Source: an uncultured Nitrospiraceae bacterium
GTDB lineage: Bacteria > Nitrospirota > Thermodesulfovibrionia > Thermodesulfovibrionales > Dissulfurispiraceae
Direction: 5' to 3'
DNA length: 64,000 nt
NCBI GenBank assembly: GCA_963705105.1
Contig: CAVPIW010000005.1
Location: 512,001-576,000 of the forward strand
In this document: piece after piece, positions 31,672-42,062 of the stretch
How positions within the stretch are numbered: the stretch's first letter is position 1
Layout of the letters: the number at the start of each line of letters is the position of its first letter
Made by a program: the position numbers and the translations under genes
Notes under the pieces: generated by a model
The model's database searches: none
What the model was told of the DNA's origin: nothing
The model's input: the letters and a program-made list of their open reading frames with translations, nothing else

Positions 31672-33273
31672 ATGTATGAGGAATATTTCGGACTGAAGGG
31701 TCCGCCTTTTTCGATCGCCCCCGATCCCCGTTTCCTCTATATGAGCGGGCAACACCAGGAGGCCCTCGCCCATCTCCTTTACGGTCTGCGCAGCAACGGG
31801 GGCTTCGTCCTCCTGACGGGAGAGGTGGGGACCGGCAAGACGACGGTCTGCAGGCTCCTCCTGGAACAGGTCCCCGGTGATACCAATGTCGCCTTTATCA
31901 TCAATCCCCGGATCAATGTCGAAGAATTCCTGGCGACGTTCTGTGACGAACTGGGCATCGCGTATCCCGGGGGAAACCAGAGCGTCAAAGTCTTTGTGGA
32001 CCGCATCAACGCCTATCTCCTCGATGCGCACTCCCGGGGCCGCAGGACCGTCGTCATCGTCGAGGAAGCTCAGAATCTCAGCTATGACGTCCTGGAGCAG
32101 GTGCGGCTCCTGACGAATCTCGAAACGAACGAGAAAAAACTCCTGCAGGTCATCATGATCGGTCAGCCTGAGCTGAAAGAGATGCTGGAACGGCCGGAGT
32201 TGAGGCAGCTTGCACAGAGAATCACCGCCCGTTATCATCTCGGCCCGCTGACGGAAGACGAGGTCCCTCTCTATATCAAACACCGCCTCTCCGTCATGGG
32301 GGTGCAGAGGGGCATTTTCACCGATTCCGCGTACAAGGCTGTTTTCCGCCGCAGCGGCGGGATTCCCCGCCTCATCAACGTGATCTGCGACAGGGCGATG
32401 CTCGGCGCTTACGTGGAAGGAAAGGACCGCATCGACCGCAAGACGGTCAACAAAGCGGTAACGGAAGTATTCGGAAAGGATCCCTCGTCCCTGAAGACGG
32501 GCGCAGCCAGGAGGGCGGCAGTAATCCTCATTTCTGTCGTCGTCCTCTCCGGGCTGCTCACCCTGTCCTTCTTCGCACTCAAACAGCCTTCGACAGGCCT
32601 GGTTTCGACCGATCAGGGGACCATGAAAACGGATGTTTCCTCCCTTTCTCCCGGGACCGGCAACCCTGCACCCCCAGCAAAAGATGAACGCGTCCAGGAG
32701 GGTCCGTACGAAGCCCTTTTCCGGCTCTGGGGAGCGGGATTCCGGAAAGACGGAGGCAGTACCTGTGAACAGGCGCTGACTCAGGGGCTCCTCTGCATTG
32801 AAGACGCCGGCAGCCCCGACGACCTCCGGATCATGAACAGGCCGGCCGTCGTGAAACTGAAAGAAGCGGAGGGAAAAGAGAAGCCCGTTCTTCTGACCGC
32901 CTTCGATGGCCAGTCCGTCACGATTGTCACGGATGGTGAGACGAAGACTTTCGCCCTGGAGGATTTCAGGGGGCGGTGGACAGGAGCATACACTGTCCTC
33001 TCGAAGCGGCCCTCCGGGTACCGGGAAAAGATCAGTCCCGGCTACAAAGGCGATTTCGTATCCTGGATAGAAGAAAAGCTGACCCGCCTGCAGGGGCGGA
33101 AGATACGGAGCGGGACTCCGGGCGAATATGATGAAAAGCTCTCCGGTGAGGTCAGGAACTTTCAAAAGTCCCGGGGCCTGAAGCCCGACGGGGTCATCGG
33201 TCTCCGAACGATACTCGTCCTGAATGCTGATGGCTCGGACGGGCCGGTTATCAGCGGGAAGGGGGGGCAGTAA
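31672..33273 (+). CDS. gspA: ExeA/GspA-type AAA ATPase with peptidoglycan-binding domain
   Basis: YFGL--PF, TGEVGTGKTT, EEAQNL, GQPEL, GGIPRLIN; C-terminal FQ--GL-PDG--G. Confidence 0.9.
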   Translation: MYEEYFGLKGPPFSIAPDPRFLYMSGQHQEALAHLLYGLRSNGGFVLLTGEVGTGKTTVCRLLLEQVPGDTNVAFIINPRINVEEFLATFCDELGIAYPGGNQSVKVFVDRINAYLLDAHSRGRRTVVIVEEAQNLSYDVLEQVRLLTNLETNEKKLLQVIMIGQPELKEMLERPELRQLAQRITARYHLGPLTEDEVPLYIKHRLSVMGVQRGIFTDSAYKAVFRRSGGIPRLINVICDRAMLGAYVEGKDRIDRKTVNKAVTEVFGKDPSSLKTGAARRAAVILISVVVLSGLLTLSFFALKQPSTGLVSTDQGTMKTDVSSLSPGTGNPAPPAKDERVQEGPYEALFRLWGAGFRKDGGSTCEQALTQGLLCIEDAGSPDDLRIMNRPAVVKLKEAEGKEKPVLLTAFDGQSVTIVTDGETKTFALEDFRGRWTGAYTVLSKRPSGYREKISPGYKGDFVSWIEEKLTRLQGRKIRSGTPGEYDEKLSGEVRNFQKSRGLKPDGVIGLRTILVLNADGSDGPVISGKGGQ

Positions 33274-34002
33274 GTGTCATACATCCTTGATGCCCTGAAG
33301 AAAGCCGAGAGAGAGAGCAGGAGAGGCCCCGTGCCGGACCTGCTGACGACCCACGAAAAGCCCTCACGGCCGCAGGGCCGCCGCGGGCTCTGGGCTGTCA
33401 TTTTCGCGGCGGCGCTCCTCCTGAACGCCGGGGCGCTGTTGTGGTGGCTTGGACCATTGAAGAGCGACAAGCCTGCCGTCGCTCCATCGGGACCTCCCGC
33501 CGCAAATCTTTCAAAGCCGGACAGCCCGACCGCCGTGCAACCTGATGTCAAGGGAGCCATAAAGGAATCGCAGGTCGATCAGAAGAGAGGCAGCGTACCA
33601 AAATCTGCCGATGTCCCGAAGGGAAAGGCCGGTCCCGGCACGACCGGGCCCGCAGGACAGGGCGACGGGAAGGCCGCGGAAAAGACAGCGGAAAAGACAC
33701 GACCCGGTCCGCCCTCCAAAGACCGGGAGGCGCCTGCCGCCCCGTCACCCGAACCGCCGCCGGACAGGAACAGGCTGTATCAGATCGGGGAACTTCCCCC
33801 CTCGGTGCGCCAGGGACTGCCGTCTATCGCCATTCAGCTTTCTATGTTCTCCGATGAACCCGCCTCACGCCTTGTGAGGATCAACGACAGGGTGCTGAGG
33901 GAGGGGAACTATCTCACGGAAGGCCTGAAGGTCGAAGAGATCGGCCGTGAAGCCGTGATCTTCAGCTACCGCGGCTATCGCTTCCGCGTCGCTGTACGGT
34001 AG
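33274..34002 (+). CDS. gspB: ExeB/GspB-type protein
   Basis: MSYILDALKKAE, TM helix, Pro-rich linker, VRIND--LREG. Confidence 0.85.
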   Translation: MSYILDALKKAERESRRGPVPDLLTTHEKPSRPQGRRGLWAVIFAAALLLNAGALLWWLGPLKSDKPAVAPSGPPAANLSKPDSPTAVQPDVKGAIKESQVDQKRGSVPKSADVPKGKAGPGTTGPAGQGDGKAAEKTAEKTRPGPPSKDREAPAAPSPEPPPDRNRLYQIGELPPSVRQGLPSIAIQLSMFSDEPASRLVRINDRVLREGNYLTEGLKVEEIGREAVIFSYRGYRFRVAVR

Positions 34003-34024
34003 TCCCTTTCATCAGCGTCCGTTA

Positions 34025-34218
34025 ACCTTATCCTGCAACAAAGCCTCCGGAAAGGCGGGGTGTATGTGCCGAAAACCTTTATGCGGCGACACCTCAATCG
34101 TCACACAAGACGATGTTTCAAGCCGATGTCAGGAAAATTGGACATCTTTTCCGACACTGTCACTCACACTCACACTGACACTGTTTTCAGACCCCTTCGC
34201 CCCGCCTTTCTATGCACA
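34025..34218 (+). repeat. MITE-like repeat copy with CACT(C/G)A hexamer tract
   Basis: Internal block GCCGATGTCAGGAAAATTGGACATCTTTTCCGACACTG shared with copy at 28122. Confidence 0.75.
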
Positions 34219-34219
34219 G

Positions 34220-36742
34220 TTAGCGTCTCTTTGTTTGTCTCGTCGGAGGGGCATTCCAGGGATCGTCGGGCCAGGGATGCTTGGGATATCGCCCCTTCAG
34301 TTCCTTCCTGACATCCTGGTACCCGCCGTTCCAGAACCCCCTGAGGTCCTGCGTCACCTGGACGGGTCTCCGGGCCGGGGAGAGGAGATGGAGAAGCACC
34401 TTGACCCGTCCGCCGGCGACGGTCGGCGTGTCACCGAGGCCGAACATCTCCTGGAGCTTGACGGCGAGCACGGGGATGTCTCCCGCCGCATAATCGAGCT
34501 GCACGCGGTGGCCGCTCGGTACGACGATCGCCGAGGGTGCGCGCTCGTCAAGGAGCCGCTGTTGCCGCCAGGTAAGCTTTTCCCATAGTGCCGGGAGGAG
34601 TTCAATCGATGCAATGTCCCTCATGCTGCGGATACCGGTGAGCCTGGAAAGGATCCATTCCTCAGGTGCTGACGCAAGGCGGTCATCGGACAGATCGGGC
34701 CATTTCTCCTCCGGGAAGACCCGCCTCATGAGAGCGACTCTGCCCTGGAACTGACGGGCCTCTCTCGTGAAATGCAGCAGCGCCGATGGATCGGAACGGA
34801 TTGCATCGCACAGGAGAGGTGTCGCCTCGTCGTCACCGGGATCGAAGTTCTTCGACGAAAGGGTGACGGCGCCCAGATGCTCCTCAATGGTCGCGATGAT
34901 TCTTTTTTCCTTTTTGTCCACCCTGACCTGTTTCAACGTCCCGATGCGCCCTGCACATTCACGACGGATATTGTCGGCGGAAACGGGCGCGGCTATATGG
35001 ACAACACCATCACCGCCCTCGCCGATGTCGGCGGAGACAGCAACGATATAGGGGCTCTCTCTCGGTCCGCCCGTCGAAGGCAGGCGGACACCGCGGCCCG
35101 AGACGAGAACGAACCGTCCTTCGCCGCGCAACTGGGCGATCCTGTCGGGGTAGGCCGCCAACAGGAGGGTCGAAATGACATCCTCATCAGGCTCCTCCGT
35201 CGTGGATATTCCCCGTGGCCCGTGAACAAGCCTGCCGAGATGCTGCGCAATCCTGTCCGCGTTCCGGAGGGCCCAGGGATCGGCCCCGTGCAGCCGCACT
35301 CCCCGGCGCCAATCCTGCAGCATCTCCACCCTTTCAGTCATGCCTTCGGGATGCCCGCGCAAACTCTTATCGAAGGAAGATCCTCTGCGGGCGACATCGC
35401 GCTCCGAGAGCAGGGCGGCAAGGTCCGCACCGAGCCGCGGCCTGTCCATGTCACGGGCCCTCAGCATCAGTTTCGAGAGTCGGGGGTGCACGGGCAGACG
35501 GGCCATAGCCTTGCCCAGAGGCGAGACATGACCGCTCCCGTCCAGGGCGCCGAGATCGATGAGGAGACGTTGAGCAGCCTCCCAGGCCGTTGCGGGAGGA
35601 CAGTCGAGCCACGAGAGCCTGGAGGGATCCCGGACTCCCCAGACGGCCAGTTCAAGCGCCACCGGCGACAGGTCCGACACGAGGATCTCCGGCGGGGCAA
35701 AGGGGATCATCGAGCGAAAGGTGTGAGGGCTGTAGAGGCGGAAGCAGATGCCCGGCCCGAGCCGTCCGGCTCTTCCCTTGCGCTGCTCCGCCGAAGCCCT
35801 CGAAACGGGGATAGTAACGAGACGATTCATGCCCGTTGAAGGATCGAAGTGGAGTCTCCGTGTGAGACCGCTGTCAATAACGGTCCTGATGCCTTCGATG
35901 GTGAGACTCGTCTCCGCAATGTTTGTGGCGAGGACGATCTTGCGCGTTGCCAGCGGTACGATTGCCCGTTCCTGCTCCTCGAAAGGCAGATCCCCGTACA
36001 ATGGGTGGACCGTTATGCCGCCGCCTCCGCCTTTCACCACCGGGCCGAGGGCGTCGCAGCAGGCGCGGATCTCCCGGGCTCCCGGCAGGAAGACGAGGAC
36101 GTCACCGGGCTGCTCCCGCAAAGCCCTGATGATCGCGCCGCATACCTTTTCCGTGAGCGGCCTGTCCCGGTTGTCCGAGATGTAACACTCATCGACGGGG
36201 AAGGGCTTTCCCTCCGACCTGATGACCGGGGCTTCAGCGAGAAGCTTTGCAATGGGGCCGCTGTCGAGAGTTGCCGACATGACGAGGATCTTCAAATCCT
36301 CCCGCAGGCCCCGGTGGACGTCGAGGCAGAGTGCGAGAGCAAGGTCCGCATGGAGGCTGCGCTCATGGAATTCATCGAAGATGACCATGGCGACGTCCTC
36401 CATCGCCGGGTCGGACTGGATGCGCCTCGTGAGAATGCCCTCCGTGACGACTTCGACGCGCGTTCCCGCTGACACCTTCCTGTCGAATCGGATCGTGTAC
36501 CCGATCGTCAGTCCCACCCGTTCATCCAACAGACGGGCCATCCACCGGGCCGAAGAAACGGCCGCGATCCTGCGGGGCTGGAGCATGACGATCCGTTTTC
36601 CCGCCGGGATGAGGTCGAGCAGGGCGAGTGGCACCCGTGTCGTCTTGCCCGCCCCGGGCGGCGCCTGCAGGACGACGGAAGACCGGGCACGAAGGGTCTG
36701 TATCAGCTCCGGCAGGATGGCATCGACGGGACAGGGTGTCAC
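34220..36742 (-). CDS. hrpB: ATP-dependent RNA helicase HrpB
   Basis: APPGAGKTT, DEFHER, MSAT, ATNIAETSLTI, QRKGRAGR, YPKHPWPDDP. Confidence 0.96.
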   Translation of the reverse strand: MTPCPVDAILPELIQTLRARSSVVLQAPPGAGKTTRVPLALLDLIPAGKRIVMLQPRRIAAVSSARWMARLLDERVGLTIGYTIRFDRKVSAGTRVEVVTEGILTRRIQSDPAMEDVAMVIFDEFHERSLHADLALALCLDVHRGLREDLKILVMSATLDSGPIAKLLAEAPVIRSEGKPFPVDECYISDNRDRPLTEKVCGAIIRALREQPGDVLVFLPGAREIRACCDALGPVVKGGGGGITVHPLYGDLPFEEQERAIVPLATRKIVLATNIAETSLTIEGIRTVIDSGLTRRLHFDPSTGMNRLVTIPVSRASAEQRKGRAGRLGPGICFRLYSPHTFRSMIPFAPPEILVSDLSPVALELAVWGVRDPSRLSWLDCPPATAWEAAQRLLIDLGALDGSGHVSPLGKAMARLPVHPRLSKLMLRARDMDRPRLGADLAALLSERDVARRGSSFDKSLRGHPEGMTERVEMLQDWRRGVRLHGADPWALRNADRIAQHLGRLVHGPRGISTTEEPDEDVISTLLLAAYPDRIAQLRGEGRFVLVSGRGVRLPSTGGPRESPYIVAVSADIGEGGDGVVHIAAPVSADNIRRECAGRIGTLKQVRVDKKEKRIIATIEEHLGAVTLSSKNFDPGDDEATPLLCDAIRSDPSALLHFTREARQFQGRVALMRRVFPEEKWPDLSDDRLASAPEEWILSRLTGIRSMRDIASIELLPALWEKLTWRQQRLLDERAPSAIVVPSGHRVQLDYAAGDIPVLAVKLQEMFGLGDTPTVAGGRVKVLLHLLSPARRPVQVTQDLRGFWNGGYQDVRKELKGRYPKHPWPDDPWNAPPTRQTKRR

Positions 36743-36787
36743 AGGGCTGTCCTCAGGGCTTGTGATTCATGCGAGGAGCGCAGGTCC

Positions 36788-37612
36788 TCAGAAGGGAAAG
36801 GATGTTATGAGACGCACGCCTGTCATGTTTGGGCCGAAGAGGAATCCCACCCCGAGTCTCTCTACCTTGAAACCGAGGACATCCCAGGGTTTCTTCGGAG
36901 CGGTCAGCAGGCCAATCTCCGTCTCCCCTTTCAGCGACACCGTCTCATTGCCGGGAAGCAGGAATTCGAGGTCGTTGAAATACCAGGTATAGATCGCGTG
37001 CATGCCGACCCTGATTGACTGATCCGAATCGATGGTCCAGGGGCTGATCCACTCAACGCCTATTCCAAAAGAGGACAGGGTATCGGCATTTCCTTTGTCA
37101 TTGCGGGCGCCTGAAAAAATGAGCGATCCGCCGAGCGTCATGTCGGACTGCTCGACGTTCAGATGATAGCGGCTCCTGACGCCGATGACTCCGAAGGCCG
37201 CCGTTCCCCCGTTCCGGACTTCCCATCCCGCCCCGATGTTGAAAAAGGGAGTGACCATCCAGGAGGGGGACAGCGGCATCTCCACCTCCACCCCGGGTGC
37301 GACGGCGATCAACGCGACCCGTTCATAGAAGGGATCATCGTCGCCCACCGAGCCGAAGCCGACGGTGACGGGGAAGAGGAGCTTTATTCCCCAATACTGA
37401 TCGGTGGCCTCCTGAAGGCGGAATGAAAAGGGTATGCGGAGAACGGCCACTTCAGCGCTGTCGACTTTGTAATAACCTGTTCCAAAGGCCGTCGAGAAAT
37501 ACCAGTTCAGATTGAATTCCGAGTCTTCAGCCGGGGAAGGAGAAGTCGTCAGGTGCAGCAGGCATAAAACGCAGAGTGCGATGAGGAAAAGCCGGAGCGC
37601 GATAGAACCCAT
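36788..37612 (-). CDS. hypothetical exported, probably beta-barrel, protein
   Basis: Signal peptide, amphipathic beta strands, C-terminal Phe; start uncertain. Confidence 0.6.
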   Translation of the reverse strand: MGSIALRLFLIALCVLCLLHLTTSPSPAEDSEFNLNWYFSTAFGTGYYKVDSAEVAVLRIPFSFRLQEATDQYWGIKLLFPVTVGFGSVGDDDPFYERVALIAVAPGVEVEMPLSPSWMVTPFFNIGAGWEVRNGGTAAFGVIGVRSRYHLNVEQSDMTLGGSLIFSGARNDKGNADTLSSFGIGVEWISPWTIDSDQSIRVGMHAIYTWYFNDLEFLLPGNETVSLKGETEIGLLTAPKKPWDVLGFKVERLGVGFLFGPNMTGVRLITSFPF

Positions 37613-37856
37613 ATGTCTGCGGTCCTGTGAACAGTCCGGAGGCCTGCGCGGCCGTCTTGTTCCGTTCATAGACATCTGCACAATTATATCATACTTCGCC
37701 GGTATCCAAAATAACGTTATCCTTGCATTAGACCCCCGGAAAGGTGAGGCGAATGCAATGAAGCAGTAAATGTTAGAGAGCAGGCAAAGGCAGGAACCAG
37801 ACAAAAAACGCGCCGACGGGAAGGCTGATGTGGCGAAAAGCCTTTCTGCTAAGCTT

Positions 37857-38070
37857 CCTTATCGTTGCATACGCCATCCGGAAAGGTGAGGTGAATGCTT
37901 CGAAAAGCCTCGGTGCTGCGACACCTTTGCCGTCCCATAGAGACCATTTCAGGCCGACGGTTGATGACACAAAGGATGAAATCCTGAGAAACCAATAATA
38001 AACAATCATGCTCGCTATCAGCGAGGCTTTGAGGAGCTTTGCCCCGCCTTTCCATGCAACCGATTAGGGT
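37857..38070 (+). repeat. MITE-like repeat copy (extra partial terminus near 37714-37760)
   Basis: CCTTATCGTTGCA...CCGGAAAGGTGAGG...GATGACACAAAG...GCCCCGCCTTTCCATGCAAC..AGGGT. Confidence 0.7.
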
Positions 38071-38127
38071 AATCAGAAATATCCGTGGTAAAATAGCGGA
38101 ACCATTCTTTTGAACAGGAGGATAACG

Positions 38128-39114
38128 ATGAACTATTCTGTGACGTCATTCGTCTGCCTGATCTCGGCGACAGCGCGGTCCTGCGCCCGCCGGGTGATCG
38201 CGGGATCAGCCTCGATCCTTGCTTTCATAATGCTTCTGCCCATGCTTGTTCAGCCTTCCCCCCTGTATGCCCAGGAGGGGGGAGACACCGGTGACGTGCG
38301 GTTTTCGTTGACCGCCCTGGGCAGTTACCAGTTCGAGTCCGATGTCGACGGCGGGGGCGATCTCAGCATTGCCCGTTATGCAGTGAACGCCGAGGTCGTC
38401 GGCCGGATCGATAACAATCTCAGGCTTGGGCTCGGTCTTCTCTATGAGTTTGATGACTATGATTTTTCCGGACTGACCGACTTCCCCGTTGCTCAGCCCT
38501 GGGGTGAAGTTCACCGCTTCGGCATCAGCGTGCCTATCTTCTATTCCATAGACAGCAACTGGCGCCTCTTCCTCAGCCCCTCGGTTCAGTGGTCAGGGGA
38601 ATCGGGAGCGAAATGGGGAGACGCTGTCACGTACGGCGCGGTCTTCGCAGTGTCACACTCTTTCAGGCCGGGCCTTGTTCTCGGCCTCGGGGCAGGCGTT
38701 TTCTCGAACATCGAAAAGACGACCTTCTTCCCCTACATCGCCGTCAACTGGCAGATCAACGAGCAGCTCCGGCTCATCAATCCCTTCAGGACGAGCCCGG
38801 CCGGGCCGGCAGGACTTGAGCTCGCCTATGCCTTCAACAGGAACTGGGAGCTCGGAATCGGCGGGGCCTACCGGTCATACCGTTTCCGTCTCGATGAGGA
38901 CGGGCCCATACCGAACGGCATCGGCGAATCGAAGACTGTCCCTGTCTATGCCCGTTTGTCCTATTCGCTGTCCCGGGACTTCAGGGTCGATCTGTACGGC
39001 GGGGCAACATTCAGCAACAAGCTCAGGGTCGACAACGAGGACGGAGACGAAATCTACAGGACGAAATATGACGTGCCGCCGCTCGTTGCCCTGTCGCTGA
39101 CGGCAAGGTTCTAA
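38128..39114 (+). CDS. putative outer-membrane beta-barrel protein (DUF6268-like)
   Basis: Signal peptide, alternating beta strands, C-terminal ARF. Confidence 0.65.
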   Translation: MNYSVTSFVCLISATARSCARRVIAGSASILAFIMLLPMLVQPSPLYAQEGGDTGDVRFSLTALGSYQFESDVDGGGDLSIARYAVNAEVVGRIDNNLRLGLGLLYEFDDYDFSGLTDFPVAQPWGEVHRFGISVPIFYSIDSNWRLFLSPSVQWSGESGAKWGDAVTYGAVFAVSHSFRPGLVLGLGAGVFSNIEKTTFFPYIAVNWQINEQLRLINPFRTSPAGPAGLELAYAFNRNWELGIGGAYRSYRFRLDEDGPIPNGIGESKTVPVYARLSYSLSRDFRVDLYGGATFSNKLRVDNEDGDEIYRTKYDVPPLVALSLTARF

Positions 39115-39131
39115 GGGTCTCCCGCGCGTTC

Positions 39132-39305
39132 ACCTCATCGTTTCGTGCCCCGGAAATGCGGGGCTGGGGTGAATGCGTCGAAAACCTTGCTGGGGCGACA
39201 CCTGTATCAAAACGAGAGATGAACTGATACGCCAATGGTCGATTCTACATGACACAATGAGTGGATTCCTGTAGGGGGCCATAGCCCGAAGGGCCGACAT
39301 TAATG
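39132..39305 (+). repeat. MITE-like repeat copy (left part) with degenerate REP
   Basis: GCGGGGCTGGGGTGAATGCGTCGAAAACCTTGCTG...GTGGATTCCTGTAGGGGGCC. Confidence 0.7.
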
Positions 39306-39447
39306 ACTTTCCTGATCGTTTCTCTTAGAAATTCCCGTCGGGACGTCTGTTTTTCCTGCCCGTCGTTCATGCCTGCCTCCTATGAGCCTGCACTGTCTAA
39401 ATCTACTCTTGCAGGTTCTCAGTCTATGACATGCATAAATTGTGCCA

Positions 39448-40353
39448 CTATACCGATAATGATCCTCCGGCTGTTTCTGCGAATTGGCCGACTATGTCTG
39501 TTGCGGCAATGAGGTCATGGGATTTCAGCATATAGGCCGGGTATTGGCGGACAAGGAGGGAAAGATTGTCCAGACCCTCCGCTCCAAGATCGGCCAGGTT
39601 GATCGAAAAGGCTGTCAGAAGCGACAGGGCAGGTGTCTCACCTATAGGTACCATTTCGGTCGCATGCCCCGGACTGTGGTCAGGGAAGACGAGGCACCAC
39701 GGCATTGCTGAGAACGACCACCAATCGGGCCTGACGACGGCGGGATCGATCCTTACCTTTCCGGATGTGTCGCCGAAGGGCATCACCACACCGGGCTTAT
39801 TCAAGGCCGGGAAAAGGCCTGTCGTTTTCCGATCGACCTGGAAGGGTCTCGGGAAAGAGAGAAGCCGCAGCGTTGAAGGTTCAATAAAAACAACCTCATC
39901 GGAAAGGCATTTCCACCCCCGCATGAGAAAACTGAGAGCGAGAGACGATTTCCCTGCGCCGGAGGCCCCGGCAAAAAGGATCGCCCTGCCACCCGATACG
40001 ATTCCCGATGCGTGCACCTGAATGAGGTGTTTCAGATGCTCCAGCATCGTCATCGTCATGGACCATTCGAGGGCGTTGAAGAGATCCTCGATGTTCTCTT
40101 TTTCAAACAATATGGCGCCGTCCTTTCGGACCTGGTACAGTGTCTTGTTGTTTCTTTCGTATACAGCTTCTTGTGTACTGTTTCCTTTGTATACAATCCT
40201 CTGAAGATTGAAATCGACTGTCGTGTTCGCCGGTGTTGACCGAAGGGACGGAAAAAGGTGGTCGATCATGCCTTTCAAATCTAGGCAGTCATAGGACAGA
40301 GAGAAACGAAAATCATGAAGCTCGAAGAACTCCTGCTTCGCGGCCACTGGCAT
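39448..40353 (-). CDS. HPr kinase-related P-loop kinase
   Basis: VHAS, GASGAGKSS, LSDE, FPRP. Confidence 0.8.
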   Translation of the reverse strand: MPVAAKQEFFELHDFRFSLSYDCLDLKGMIDHLFPSLRSTPANTTVDFNLQRIVYKGNSTQEAVYERNNKTLYQVRKDGAILFEKENIEDLFNALEWSMTMTMLEHLKHLIQVHASGIVSGGRAILFAGASGAGKSSLALSFLMRGWKCLSDEVVFIEPSTLRLLSFPRPFQVDRKTTGLFPALNKPGVVMPFGDTSGKVRIDPAVVRPDWWSFSAMPWCLVFPDHSPGHATEMVPIGETPALSLLTAFSINLADLGAEGLDNLSLLVRQYPAYMLKSHDLIAATDIVGQFAETAGGSLSV

Positions 40354-40640
40354 TACGGCTCGTCAAATAACAGTAAACCCTGATTACGAAGGGTCTCGAC
40401 GGCATACAGAACGTCGTCGGAGACACTGTCAGCAGTTCGCCCGCTCGCATCGGCAAGCAATTCCGAAATCGCGGCAAGGGAATGCCTGCCGTCGCAAAGT
40501 GACCACACGAAGGAAGCCGTCACATTGAGCGAGTATATCATCCCCTTCTCCTCGTCATGGAGCACGCAACCATCAGCGAGGTCTCTCTGCTGAACATGCG
40601 CTTTCCGTTTCGGAGCGATCCGGCCATATTCGTTAATCAT
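40353..40640 (-). CDS. PqqD-family peptide chaperone (RRE)
   Basis: LNVTASFVWSLCDG, DV---VETL---GLL; start 40640 or 40661. Confidence 0.85.
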   Translation of the reverse strand: MINEYGRIAPKRKAHVQQRDLADGCVLHDEEKGMIYSLNVTASFVWSLCDGRHSLAAISELLADASGRTADSVSDDVLYAVETLRNQGLLLFDEP

Positions 40641-40895
40641 CGTGTCATCACCCTTGTCCATAATGACTCTTCGTGAACCTTTGAATCTGGAGATCGACAC
40701 CGTATTTTAGCAGAAAATTTTCCCCCCGTCAGTCACCGGCGTCCAAAATGATCTGATACGAGGATAGGTGTACCCGTAAAGTTTACTTCGGAAATCAACC
40801 GCTATCCTCGTTTTCAAGGTTTTACTGCAAGCCGTTTTGGACACGAGTGCCCGTCAGTCGCCCACATGGATTGCCGCGATGATATCGTCATACTG

Positions 40896-42062
40896 TCACA
40901 TCGACCGCAGGGCGTCGACGATGTTCATTCGCGATGCCCGGTACGCTGGCAGGACACCGCCGATGAAGCCCATGACGAGGGCGAACGCGAGTGACATGAG
41001 GACGATTTCCGCGTTCAGGGTGAACGAGAAGGCGAGCTCCGAGAAGGTCTGGAAGTTCACCGTGGATATGGTGAGGAGCTGGAGAAAGGATGCGAGAAAG
41101 AGGCCTGTGCAGCCTCCCAGGAAGCCCAGGAGCAGCGATTCTATGAGAAAGGCGATGAGGATGCTTCCGCTCCGGAACCCGAGGGCCCGGAGTGTCCCGA
41201 TCTCCCCGATGCGGTTCGCAACAGCGGAAAACATGGTTATCATGGCGCCGATCATGGCGCCCAGCGAGAAGATGATCGTCAGGGAGATACCGAGGATGCG
41301 GAGGAAACTGGCGAGCATCTCAGACTGCTCTTCGTAGTAACGTTTCTCCCGTTTCGCTTCGACTGTCAGCCGGGGATCGCTCTCGATGCGGGCCTTGAAT
41401 TTACTGAACTCGGAGGGGTCGCGGAGACGGAAGAGGATCGACGAGTAGACGGGCCGGCGGAAGGCCTGCATGAGCTGATCGGCGTCTCCCCAGATCTCGG
41501 AACTGAATCCCGTGTTGCCGGCATCGAAGATACCCACGACGGTCCAGTCGCGCATCCCAAAGCGCAGGGTCTCGCCGATGCCGCCGCCCTTGAAGCGCTT
41601 TGCAATGCTCTCGCCCGCGATGATCTCCGATGAACCCGGCTTCGGCAGACGCCCTTCCACGATCTTTACCTGGGGACGCAGGGCAAGGGAATGCCCTGCC
41701 GTTCCCCTGATGACGACGTTCGACGGTTTGTCGCTGCCGCGCTTGGGCAGACTGATAAGGACGACGACCTCTTTTGCGAGAAAGGGCTGACCATCCTCAC
41801 CGATCGCCACTTCCGGCTGCGTCTCGACGATGGATGCCTGGAGGCGTTCGACACCGCTCTGGACCTCCGATGCCGAGGCTTTCCGTATCACGACGACATT
41901 TTCCGAAAGTCCCGTCTGGACAAGGGTCTTCCGAAGACCGGCGGCGAGCATGAGGACCGCGGCGAAGACGAAGACGACGAGGGCCATGCCCGAAGCGGTG
42001 AGGAAAGTCGTGAGTTTTCGGGTCCAGAGGTTGCGAAAGCTGTATGAAAAGGGGATCTTCAC
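40896..42062 (-). CDS. ABC transporter permease (MacB/FtsX type)
   Basis: RIGEIGTLRALGF, ESLLL, PAYRASR. Confidence 0.92.
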   Translation of the reverse strand: MKIPFSYSFRNLWTRKLTTFLTASGMALVVFVFAAVLMLAAGLRKTLVQTGLSENVVVIRKASASEVQSGVERLQASIVETQPEVAIGEDGQPFLAKEVVVLISLPKRGSDKPSNVVIRGTAGHSLALRPQVKIVEGRLPKPGSSEIIAGESIAKRFKGGGIGETLRFGMRDWTVVGIFDAGNTGFSSEIWGDADQLMQAFRRPVYSSILFRLRDPSEFSKFKARIESDPRLTVEAKREKRYYEEQSEMLASFLRILGISLTIIFSLGAMIGAMITMFSAVANRIGEIGTLRALGFRSGSILIAFLIESLLLGFLGGCTGLFLASFLQLLTISTVNFQTFSELAFSFTLNAEIVLMSLAFALVMGFIGGVLPAYRASRMNIVDALRSM

